Source: Candidatus Iainarchaeum sp. (GTDB lineage Archaea > Iainarchaeota > Iainarchaeia > Iainarchaeales > CSSED10-239). From it: a stretch of DNA of 18,119 nucleotides. Location of the stretch: contig PWLL01000029.1 in the NCBI GenBank assembly GCA_003559395.1, forward strand, positions 1 to 18,119, in the 5' to 3' direction. Shown in pieces: positions 7,404 through 15,216 of this stretch. The notes beneath the pieces were generated by a model. It was not told the origin of the DNA, ran no database searches, and saw only the letters and a list, made by a program, of their open reading frames with translations. The first letter of the stretch is position 1, and each line of letters starts with the position of its first letter. A program made the translations under genes and the position numbers.

Positions 7404-9623
7404 ATGAAAGAAAGAGCGTTTTTAAATGTAAAAGAAATGGATCTTGCAGATGTTGGAAAAAATATTGCAAAAATTGATCCTTTGATTTTTGAAAAACTTA
7501 AACTTAACATAGGTGACACTATAAAAATAACTGGCGCAAAAAATTCAAAAGCCGCGATTGCAATCGCGATTAAAGGAAAAATAAATGACACAGGCACAAA
7601 CGTCATTAGAATCGATGGTGCAACAAGACAAAACAGTGGTACCTCTATTGATGAAGAAATAAGTATAGAAAAAATTGATTGTCTTATTGCTAAAAGCGTA
7701 AATCTTACGCCAGTTGTTGAAGACGAACTTAAAAACAACGAAATTATTTCACAAATTTTAAAACAACTTAATAGAGATGATATTAAAAGTTATATAAAAG
7801 AATATTTATTACATAAAAACTATCTAGAAGGAAACATTATAAAAATTCCAAAAATAAGTCTTCCATCAAAAACAGGAGATGCAAAACCATTACAACTAAG
7901 CGTAACAAAAATTTTGCCAAAAGGACCTATCAGAATTGTAGAAAACACAAAAGTAGTTCTTGAAGAAAAACCAGAAGTTGGAGTTTTAGGAATTACTTAT
8001 GATGATGTTGGCGGACTTAAGAAAGAAATAGAAGCCATAAGAGAAATGGTTGAATTGCCTATAAGAAAACCAGAAATTTTTAGAAGGTTAGGAATATCAC
8101 CACCTAAAGGTGTTTTGTTGTATGGATCTCCAGGAACAGGAAAGACTTTGTTAGCTAAAGCAGTGGCTTCTGAAACAGATGCTTATTTTAAAAGTATTAA
8201 TGGTCCAGAAATTGTTACAGGAGTTTATGGAAAAAGTGAAGAAAATTTAAGAGATATTTTTAAAGAAGCAGAAGAAAAAGCCCCAGCAATTATTTTTATT
8301 GACGAGCTTGATGCAATTGCGCCTAAAAGAGAAGATACACACGGAGATACAGAAAAAAGAATTGTTGCGCAATTATTAACTCTAATGGATGGGTTAAGTG
8401 CAAGAACAAACATCGTTGTTATTGCAACTACAAACAGACCAAACTCTATAGATCCCGCCTTAAGAAGACCAGGAAGATTTGATAGAGAAATTGAGTTTGG
8501 TGTTCCAGATAAAAATGCACGAAAAGAGATTTTAAAGATACATACTAGAAACATGAAACTAGATGAAAAAGTAAATTTAGAATTTCTTATTGAAAGAACA
8601 AACGGGTTTTCTGGTGCGGATCTTCAAATGTTGTGTAAGGAGGCTGCATTAAAAACTATTAAAAGACTAAAACCAAAGATCGATAAAGAAATTGATGACA
8701 GTTTATCAAAATCTTTGTTAGACGAACTAGTTATTAACCAAAAAGATTTTGAAGACGCGTTACATGTTGTTGAGCCAAGTGCTATAAGAGATATACAAGT
8801 AAACATACCAAGTACAAAATGGAAAGATATCGGAGGTATGGAAAAAGAAAAACAATATCTTAAAGAAATGATTGATTGGCCAATAAATCACAAAGAAGTT
8901 TTTAATAACGTAGGCATAAAACCACCAACAGGCATTCTTTTGTATGGCCCGCCAGGTACAGGAAAAACCATGCTTGCAAAAGCAATCGCAACCGAGTCTA
9001 ATTCTAATTTTATATCTATTAAAGGTTCTGATATTTTCAACAAATGGGTTGGAGAAAGTGAAAAGAAAGTCAGAGAAATTTTTAAGAAAGCGAGGTTGTT
9101 GGCGCCTTCAATTGTGTTCTTTGATGAAATTGAGGCTATTACTAGCAGAAAAACAACGAATGAGTCAACCAACGTAACAAACAATGTTGTTGCAGAACTA
9201 CTTACTGAGATTGATGGCGTTTCTAAGTTAGAAGATGTAATTGTGGTTGGGGCAACAAATAGAATAGATCTTGTAGATGTTGCTTTTTTAAGATCCGGAA
9301 GATTTGATAGAGTAGTTCATGTGCCGTTGCCGTCTGTTGAGGATCAAGAAAATGTATTTAATGTTTATTTAAATAAAATAAATACAGACGAAGATGTAAA
9401 AGCAAAAGAACTTGTGAAAATATTAAACGAAGATAGCGATCAAAAATATTCTGGTGCGGATATTGAAGCCATCTGTAATGAGGCCGCGATGGGTCGTATA
9501 AGAAAAATAATAAATAACAAAGAAAAAAAACAAATCGTAACTTTAGATGACTTTAAAAAAGCAATTGGGTTTTTTAAGAAAAAAGAAGAAAGTGAAGAAA
9601 AAAACTACCAGATGATAAGATAA
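7404..9623 (+). CDS. cdc48: Cdc48/VAT-type double-ring AAA+ ATPase
   Basis: N-domain-like start: IAKIDPLIFEKLKLNIGDTIKITG...VIRIDGATRQNSG. D1 has Walker A GSPGTGKTLLAKAVA, Walker B IIFIDELDA and PALRRPGRFDREI. D2 has GPPGTGKTMLAKAIA, IVFFDEIEA, the pore loop KWVGESE and LRSGRFDR. The track ORF begins at TTG 7359. ATG 7404 is chosen here, and the in-frame GTG 7395 is an alternative (GAGG at 7380-7383 lies 11 nt upstream of it). Confidence 0.9.
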   Translation: MKERAFLNVKEMDLADVGKNIAKIDPLIFEKLKLNIGDTIKITGAKNSKAAIAIAIKGKINDTGTNVIRIDGATRQNSGTSIDEEISIEKIDCLIAKSVNLTPVVEDELKNNEIISQILKQLNRDDIKSYIKEYLLHKNYLEGNIIKIPKISLPSKTGDAKPLQLSVTKILPKGPIRIVENTKVVLEEKPEVGVLGITYDDVGGLKKEIEAIREMVELPIRKPEIFRRLGISPPKGVLLYGSPGTGKTLLAKAVASETDAYFKSINGPEIVTGVYGKSEENLRDIFKEAEEKAPAIIFIDELDAIAPKREDTHGDTEKRIVAQLLTLMDGLSARTNIVVIATTNRPNSIDPALRRPGRFDREIEFGVPDKNARKEILKIHTRNMKLDEKVNLEFLIERTNGFSGADLQMLCKEAALKTIKRLKPKIDKEIDDSLSKSLLDELVINQKDFEDALHVVEPSAIRDIQVNIPSTKWKDIGGMEKEKQYLKEMIDWPINHKEVFNNVGIKPPTGILLYGPPGTGKTMLAKAIATESNSNFISIKGSDIFNKWVGESEKKVREIFKKARLLAPSIVFFDEIEAITSRKTTNESTNVTNNVVAELLTEIDGVSKLEDVIVVGATNRIDLVDVAFLRSGRFDRVVHVPLPSVEDQENVFNVYLNKINTDEDVKAKELVKILNEDSDQKYSGADIEAICNEAAMGRIRKIINNKEKKQIVTLDDFKKAIGFFKKKEESEEKNYQMIR

Positions 9624-9626
9624 AAT

Positions 9627-11567
9627 CTATAGTGATTTTTTAAAAGAATCATCATCGATGGTAAAAACATCTTCTTTTGAAATCATTTTTGGTAAATAAC
9701 AAAGGTTGTTTGTTTTATATGTTTGTATAAAGTCTTTTTTCATATCTTCTATTACTTGGTTTGTTTTTTCATAAAATAAATTAACATTACAAATACCATC
9801 ACAAAACTTTTCAAAAACGTTTTGTAGTTTTATTAAGTGCTGGTTGTTTATTTTTTCTCGGGGAGTGCCTTCTAAAAAAGAATAATTTTCGTTAGCGATT
9901 TTTACGAATTTATGATTTTCTGGTGGGTTTATGGTGTTGGTCGTGTTATTAGCGATCGAATAAATGTCTGAAAAAATAACAGAGTAGGTTGTAGAATTTC
10001 TAATACCAAATTTTCTTTGATTATTTTTTAGTTCTGTCCAATCAACAAGCAATTTGGTTGTAAGCAGTTTTTTTGCTTTGTTAATTTCTGAAAATAATGT
10101 TTTTTGAACACCTTTACTGTATTCAAACACGTCGTTATCTATATATTTTGTTTTTGTATAATCTAAAAAAGGTCTTTTTTCTTTTGCAAGTTCAATAGAT
10201 GCTTTTTTGGAATAATACGATACAAATTCTGAAAGATTTTCGCCAAACACTAGTGCGTCGTCACTTTCAAAAGGAACGTCCAACAAATCCAACAAAGAAA
10301 AATAACCAGTGATAGACAAATAAAGTCTTCGTGTTTTTTTAACGTTTTTTTCCAAACTTTCGTCTAAGTATTCTGAGTGGTCTATACAGGCGTCTAAAAA
10401 TTTCACAGAGTTAAATATAACTTCTTTTAATTCTTTCCATTTAAAGGTTTTTAGAGCACCTGTGGTTCTTACAAATTTTGAAACATCAATAATACCTGTA
10501 AAAAAAGAGTCATTTTCAAAAACGGGTTGATAACCAATAGATGAAAGTTCGTTAGTTTTGTCTAAAAAAACATTTTTATTTTTTAATTTATCAACAAAAA
10601 CAAAATCAAAATAATTTTCATCAATAATCTTTGAAAATAAAAAATCTAAATAAAGGGATGGTGTGATTGTTTGTTCTGCTTCTTCTTTTGTTGTTTCTAT
10701 TGTTTTTGCTCCTTCTTTTTTTAAATAATAAACTTTATTTTCTAACAAATTATGCATAAATCTATCTGGTATTAAAAAAACAAAATTATTGTTTTTAGAA
10801 GTTTTGTTTTTAACCACATCAATGGCGTCTGGATGTTCTATATTTATATAAAAGGTATTTTGTGCGTTTTTTTGTTTTCGATCTGTTATTTTTTCTTGTG
10901 CTAATATATAAAAATCAATTATGTTTTTTATACCACACGCTTTTTTTTTAGTTGAGGACACAAGCGCTTCTTTAGATCTTATATTATCTAAGTTTATTGC
11001 AGATGGCACTTTTTTTTTCTCACATTTAGATTTAACTAATAAAGAGTCAAAGATATCTTCTAAACAATCAGAAAGTCTAATTGTTTGAGAAGAAAAAATC
11101 AAATTTGTTTTGTGGTTGGTTAGTATGTTTGTGGATGGGTAAAAAACACCTGTTTTAATATATTCAATAATTTGGTCAGTAAGTTTTGGATTTTCACTAA
11201 ACCTTTGTTTTAAATTAAAAGGATTATCAAAACCTGTTTCTAAATTTAAAAAAGAAACGAACATTTTTTCTTTAATTATGTGTTGTGTTTGCGTGTCTTT
11301 TTTTTTATGTCTTGTAACGTATATTTCGTGTAGGTTTTTATTTTTTTCTAATAGTATTTCTTTAATATATTCTTCTAGTTCTTCTTTAGATAAAGAAGCT
11401 TGTTTTTTTTGCTCAATTTTTTCAAAAACACTTTTTGATATTTTTTCACAAAGTTCTATATTTGGTTCTCCTATCAAATAAGTTAATTCAAACAAACTAA
11501 TAGTTAGTTTTTCTAATGAGAAAGACTCTACATTATTATTTTTATCTGTAATTGTTATATTTGCCAT
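9627..11567 (-). CDS. class II ribonucleotide reductase-like protein with ATP-cone-like N-terminus, catalytic motifs lost (putative pseudoenzyme)
   Basis: 646 aa. By-eye collinearity with the RNR large-subunit barrel: SAINLDNIRSKEALV aligns with GGGxGxxxSxLRPxG. FYINIEHPDAIDVVKNK aligns with the HPDI-eF-K block. NFVFLIPDRFMHNLLEN aligns with N-x-s-v-x-v-x-D-x-FM. VFVDKLKNKN...LSSIGYQPVF...FFTGIIDVSKFV aligns with F-x-D-x-x-N...NPCGEQPL...CNLGSINLSKFV. FLDACIDHSEY...KKTRRLYLSITGY...SIELAKEKRPF aligns with FLDnviD...tRRiGLGvmG...S-x-x-LA-x-E-x-G-x-F. GIRNSTTYSVIFS aligns with RNs-x-x-x-x-iAPTG. HLIKLQNVFEKFCDGICNVNL...NNLCYLPK aligns with H-x-x-mqAA-x-Q-x-x-vD-x-x-iSKTiN...KG-x-T-x-YR. The N-terminus ITITDKNNNVESFSLEKL is ATP-cone-like. 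Consensus strings are from memory. Confidence 0.6.
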   Translation of the reverse strand: MANITITDKNNNVESFSLEKLTISLFELTYLIGEPNIELCEKISKSVFEKIEQKKQASLSKEELEEYIKEILLEKNKNLHEIYVTRHKKKDTQTQHIIKEKMFVSFLNLETGFDNPFNLKQRFSENPKLTDQIIEYIKTGVFYPSTNILTNHKTNLIFSSQTIRLSDCLEDIFDSLLVKSKCEKKKVPSAINLDNIRSKEALVSSTKKKACGIKNIIDFYILAQEKITDRKQKNAQNTFYINIEHPDAIDVVKNKTSKNNNFVFLIPDRFMHNLLENKVYYLKKEGAKTIETTKEEAEQTITPSLYLDFLFSKIIDENYFDFVFVDKLKNKNVFLDKTNELSSIGYQPVFENDSFFTGIIDVSKFVRTTGALKTFKWKELKEVIFNSVKFLDACIDHSEYLDESLEKNVKKTRRLYLSITGYFSLLDLLDVPFESDDALVFGENLSEFVSYYSKKASIELAKEKRPFLDYTKTKYIDNDVFEYSKGVQKTLFSEINKAKKLLTTKLLVDWTELKNNQRKFGIRNSTTYSVIFSDIYSIANNTTNTINPPENHKFVKIANENYSFLEGTPREKINNQHLIKLQNVFEKFCDGICNVNLFYEKTNQVIEDMKKDFIQTYKTNNLCYLPKMISKEDVFTIDDDSFKKSL

Positions 11568-11579
11568 GTTATTACCTTT

Positions 11580-12236
11580 TTATCTTAAAATATATTCTTT
11601 ATTTTCTGCATCTAAAAGAGAATAGATGGTTTTATTATTTAGTTCTTTTAAAGTGTTTTTGTTCACGAAATCTTGGACAAATATTTTTTCTCCATCAACA
11701 TAATTTAAAAGAACATCAAATTCTTCTTTTGTAAGTTCTGGATGTGTGGTGATTCTAAATTCTCTTGAAAGATTTGAGGATTTTATAATTTCTATACTTT
11801 CTTGTATATTTTCGACTGGCACTTTTGTAAAACAAGAATATTTTTCAAAAGTTTGTTTAATATCCATTGCAACATAATCTATTAATTTTTTGTTTATTAG
11901 ATTTTTAATAAGTTCTGGATTAGATCCGTTTGTATCTAGTTTAACTAAGTAGTCTTTTTCTTTTATTTTTTTAATAAAGTCTACGAGTTCTTGATTGTGT
12001 ATGGTTGGTTCTCCACCAGTAACGACTACGCCGTCTATCATTTTTTTTCTTTTATCTAAAAATTCAAATATTTCTTTTTCTGGAATTGTTGGTTGTTTTT
12101 CAATTTCTTCTGGCAAAACTAGTTGTTTGTTGTAACAATAACCACATCTAAAATTACAGCCTTTTAAAAAAACAATACAGCTGATTTTTTTAGGATAGTC
12201 TATAACACTAAATTTTTGAAAACCACCAATCTCCAT
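11580..12236 (-). CDS. nrdG: anaerobic ribonucleoside-triphosphate reductase activating protein (radical SAM)
   Basis: 218 aa. GGFQKFSVIDYPKKISCIVFLKGCNFRCGYCYN contains the CxxxCxxC cluster, and VVVTGGEPTIH is the SAM-binding GGEP motif. It lies directly downstream of nrdD. Confidence 0.88.
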   Translation of the reverse strand: MEIGGFQKFSVIDYPKKISCIVFLKGCNFRCGYCYNKQLVLPEEIEKQPTIPEKEIFEFLDKRKKMIDGVVVTGGEPTIHNQELVDFIKKIKEKDYLVKLDTNGSNPELIKNLINKKLIDYVAMDIKQTFEKYSCFTKVPVENIQESIEIIKSSNLSREFRITTHPELTKEEFDVLLNYVDGEKIFVQDFVNKNTLKELNNKTIYSLLDAENKEYILR

Positions 12237-12254
12237 AATAATCCAATTTTAAGA

Positions 12255-12392
12255 TTATGCTACTTTAAACACTTTTCTATCTTTAAATTCTTCTTGTTTT
12301 CCATAATTCCAAGAACTAGTTGGTCTTATATAACCCACAACTCTTGAATATACTTGACATTTTGTTCTTTTTGTTTCTATTTTTTCTTCCAT
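12255..12392 (-). CDS. stand-alone glycyl-radical domain of NrdD (45-aa ORF, below the ORF-track length cutoff)
   Basis: My translation of the minus strand from ATG 12392-12390 to TAA 12257-12255 is MEEKIETKRTKCQVYSRVVGYIRPTSSWNYGKQEEFKDRKVFKVA. It contains the NrdD C-terminal signature S-R-x-x-G-Y (radical glycine) and W-N-x-G-K-x-x-E-x-x-x-R. AGGTGAT (12402-12396) gives GGTGA-N4-ATG, the same spacing as before tspO. The frame is +1 relative to nrdD. Confidence 0.7.
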   Translation of the reverse strand: MEEKIETKRTKCQVYSRVVGYIRPTSSWNYGKQEEFKDRKVFKVA

Positions 12393-12396
12393 TAAA

Positions 12397-14433
12397 TCAC
12401 CTTTTATTTTCTATTTCACAATCACATTTTGGACAATATTCATGTTCTCCAAAAAGATAACCGTGTACTGGACAAATACTAAAAGTTGGTGTGATTGTAA
12501 AGTAGGGTATTTGATAATTTTCTGCAACTCTTTGTATTAGTTTTTTTATAGCTTCTGCATCTGGTTTTTTTTCTCCAATAAATATGTGTAATACTGTTCC
12601 GCCTGTATATTTTATTTGAAGATCGTCTTGATTATCTAAAACTTCAAAAACATCGTCTGTATAGTCTACAGGTACTTGTGTTGAATTGGTATAGTAAGGA
12701 TGTGCTTTTTTGTTTTGATATGCTTCTTCGTTTGCAACTTTTATATATGGATATTGTTTTTTATCATTTATTGCAAACCTATATGTCGTTCCTTCTCCTG
12801 GTGTTGCTTCTAGGTTGTATAGGTTTCCTGTTTCTTTTTGATATTCTTCTAGTTTTGTTCTTATAAAGTCCATTACTTTTAATGCAAAGTTTTTTCCTTC
12901 TTTTGTTGTAATGGTCGTGTTTAAAAAATTAATTAAAGACTCGTTCATTCCCAAAATCCCAATTGTGGAAAAATGATTTTTCCAGTATTTTCCAAAGTTT
13001 TTTTTAATAAAGCCAAGATTATGTTTTGAATAAGGATATAAACCAAAGTCTGTAAATCTTTCAAGTACTTTTCTTTTTATTTCTAAGGATGTTTTAGATA
13101 TTTCTAATAATTCTTCTAATCTTGCAAAATATTCTTCTTCTGTTTTTGATAAACATCCAATTTGAGGAAGATTTATGGTTACAACACCAATAGATCCTGT
13201 TAGTGGGTTTGCTCCAAACAAACCCCCTCCTCTTTTTTGAAGTTCTTTATTATCTAATCTCAATCTACAACACATACTTCTTGCATCTTCTGGACGCAAA
13301 TCAGAGTTTACAAAGTTTGCAAATGTTGGTATTCCAAATTTAATGGTTACTTCTAATATTTTTTCTGCAATCTTAGTATTCCAATCAAAGTCTTTAGTTA
13401 TGTTTATTGTAGGAATTGGAAAAGAAAACAGATTTCCTGCGCCATCTCCTTCTAAAAAAACTTCTAACAACAATTCGTTAAAAAGATCTACTTCTTTTTG
13501 AAATTCTCCATATGTTTTTTCTTGTGGTTTTCCGCCAATTATAACTGGCTGGTCTTTTAGGGTTGAAGGTATTGTTAAATCTAAAGTAATGTTGCTAAAC
13601 GGACACTGAAAGCCAACTCTTGTTGGTATATTCATATTATAAAAAAAACATTCTATTTGTTTTTTTGCTTCTTTTCTTGAAAGTTTGTTGTAATAAATAA
13701 AAGGTGCTAAAAGTGTATCAAAGTTACTAAAGGCTTGTGCTCCTGCTGCTTCGCCTTGTAAAGTGTATATAAAATTAGTTATTTGAAGAAGAGCAGTTGT
13801 GAAATATTTTGGTGGTGAACAAACAATCTTGCCTGGCGCGCCTCTAAAGCCTTTTAATAATAAATCTTGTAAATCCCAACCAACACAATATGGCCCTAAA
13901 GTAGATAGATCATGAATGTGTATTTTTGTTTTTTCGTGTGCTTCTTTTATTTCTGGTGGGTATATTTTTCTTAACCAGTAATCTGAAACAATTTTATTTG
14001 ATAAATAATTGTTTAGTCCTTGTAAAGAAAAATCCATGTTACTGTTTTCTTTTACTTTCCAGTCTGATGATGTTATGTACCCATCAACAACAGAAACACT
14101 ATCTAATAATTTTGAAAAGTTTCTTAGTTCTTCGTGTTGTTTTCTATATATAACGTATGCTTTTACTAGTTTTGTTAGGCCTTCTTTTATTAAAATATCT
14201 TCTATAACATCTTGTATATTTTCTACGTTAGGGGTTATGTTTCTTTTAAAGTATTTTTTATTAATTTCTGCATCTATTTTTTGGGTCAATTTTTCTGCAA
14301 TGGTTATGTCTGGGTTGTTTGTTGCGTTTAGTGCTTTAATTAATGCTAGTTTAATTTTATAAATATTGTATTGTTTTTTTATGTTGTTTCTGTTAAACAC
14401 GCATTTATTATTTATGTTTTTAATAGTCACCAC
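12397..14433 (-). CDS. nrdD: anaerobic ribonucleoside-triphosphate reductase, large fragment (ATP-cone + barrel + Zn ribbon, no glycyl-radical motif)
   Basis: 678 aa with a GTG start at 14433. The ATP-cone end is LTKLVKAYVIYRKQHEELR. The thiyl loop ARSMCCRLRLD, GGGLFGANPLTGSIGVVTINLPQIG, and the Zn ribbon FSICPVHGYLFGEHEYCPKC are present. It terminates at TGA 12399-12397, before any R-x-x-G-Y glycyl-radical motif. Confidence 0.9.
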   Translation of the reverse strand: MVTIKNINNKCVFNRNNIKKQYNIYKIKLALIKALNATNNPDITIAEKLTQKIDAEINKKYFKRNITPNVENIQDVIEDILIKEGLTKLVKAYVIYRKQHEELRNFSKLLDSVSVVDGYITSSDWKVKENSNMDFSLQGLNNYLSNKIVSDYWLRKIYPPEIKEAHEKTKIHIHDLSTLGPYCVGWDLQDLLLKGFRGAPGKIVCSPPKYFTTALLQITNFIYTLQGEAAGAQAFSNFDTLLAPFIYYNKLSRKEAKKQIECFFYNMNIPTRVGFQCPFSNITLDLTIPSTLKDQPVIIGGKPQEKTYGEFQKEVDLFNELLLEVFLEGDGAGNLFSFPIPTINITKDFDWNTKIAEKILEVTIKFGIPTFANFVNSDLRPEDARSMCCRLRLDNKELQKRGGGLFGANPLTGSIGVVTINLPQIGCLSKTEEEYFARLEELLEISKTSLEIKRKVLERFTDFGLYPYSKHNLGFIKKNFGKYWKNHFSTIGILGMNESLINFLNTTITTKEGKNFALKVMDFIRTKLEEYQKETGNLYNLEATPGEGTTYRFAINDKKQYPYIKVANEEAYQNKKAHPYYTNSTQVPVDYTDDVFEVLDNQDDLQIKYTGGTVLHIFIGEKKPDAEAIKKLIQRVAENYQIPYFTITPTFSICPVHGYLFGEHEYCPKCDCEIENKR

Positions 14434-14446
14434 GTTTTAAAATTAG

Positions 14447-14458
14447 TTTTTTTATATG
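14447..14458 (-). promoter_or_regulatory. candidate TATA box for the nrdD transcript
   Basis: The minus strand reads CATATAAAAAAA and ends about 16-20 nt upstream of the GTG start, which is compatible with a short-leader or leaderless archaeal mRNA. The AT-rich background makes this weak. Confidence 0.25.
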
Positions 14459-14577
14459 TTACTAAATAGTAGATTAATCATTTTAAAAAGGTATTTGTTA
14501 TAAAACAAAATAATTTTTAAACAATATATTTGGTTTATGAAAAAACCTATTTTTTAGTGTTTTTTTGTTATGTATAC

Positions 14578-15048
14578 TTAATTTATTAAAAATATCCAAA
14601 AATTAAGGATTGTTGCAAAAAACAACCACAATAGATAGGGAACTAACAAATATGCTGCTGTTTTTTTAATTTTATAAAAGTTAATAATGGTTAATATCAC
14701 TAAAACATTTAAAACCAAAATACAAAACAGCCCAAATAACGGTGATTGTAAGGTAAAAAAGAAAAATGACCAAGAAATATTAAAAATTAATTGTGTAAAA
14801 AATAAAAGTGTGCTTTTTATTTTTTGTTGTGTTTTTGGTTGTAGCCATATTAGATATTATAGAGAAACACCCATTAATATAAACAAAAGAGTCCAAGCAA
14901 TAGGAAACGCAAGGTTAGGTGGGGTAATTGGTGGTTTGTTTAAAAAATCGTACCAAGAACCTAGGCTTGTTTGTGTAAATTGCGAACCAATAGTTCCTGC
15001 ACTTAATGAAACTATAATAGATATTATTAGTTTAAATATATTTTTCAT
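14578..15048 (-). pseudogene. tspO: TspO/MBR family tryptophan-rich sensory protein interrupted by one in-frame TAA
   Basis: The track ORF 14857..15048 (63 aa, ...GSWYDFLNKPPITPPNLAFPIAWTLLFILMGVSL) ends at TAA 14859-14857. The same frame then continues for 92 codons: YLIWLQPKTQQKIKSTLLFFTQLIFNISWSFFFFTLQSPLFGLFCILVLNVLVILTIINFYKIKKTAAYLLVPYLLWLFFATILNFWIFLIN. It stops at TAA 14580-14578. Together this is a 156-codon, full-length TspO with WY..L.KP, QL..N..WS..FF and PY..W..FA..LN. GGTGA lies 4 nt upstream of the ATG. Confidence 0.75.
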
Positions 15049-15216
15049 ATGTTCACCAAAATAATTTATGTTGATTTTGTTTTTTTGTAAATAATTTATT
15101 AGTTAGTTATTAAAAAGACACAAATATATTTTAAACAAACATATTAAAAACACTTTTATTTTCATTTTTATTCTTAAACAATATAATTATAAACTTTAAA
15201 AACAATAATAATAGTG

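Noticed and set aside
7370-9184. ORFs 7370..7738(-), 8225..8554(-), 8624..8806(-), 8888..9184(-) and 8944..9177(+)
   Set aside because: They lie inside, or antisense to, the continuous 740+ aa Cdc48 reading frame. Their composition is Ser/Phe/Ile-rich shadow material.
12390-12400. Stop-codon reassignment (UGA or UAA as sense) as an explanation for the nrdD and tspO interruptions
   Set aside because: Reading through the nrdD TGA in frame gives FNGRKNRNKKNKMSSIFKSCGLYKTN*, with no glycyl motif, so the continuation is in the +1 frame. TGA also ends the YgjP-like and HAD genes at plausible full lengths. TAA ends several genes (cdc48, xerA). The conserved proteins have normal lengths under the standard code.
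11278-14362. Plus-strand ORFs 11278..11481, 11552..11734, 12678..12866, 13926..14153 and 14009..14362
   Set aside because: They are antisense to the RNR-like gene, nrdG and nrdD. No motifs are present, and these are typical AT-rich shadow frames.
14434-14577. NrdR-box-like AT-rich dyads upstream of nrdD
   Set aside because: NrdR is a bacterial regulator. The matches (for example acaatatatttgg) are partial and indistinguishable from background.
14687-15064. 125-aa plus-strand ORF overlapping the TspO region
   Set aside because: The minus strand encodes a full-length TspO (with one stop) across exactly this interval. The plus-strand product has no recognisable features.
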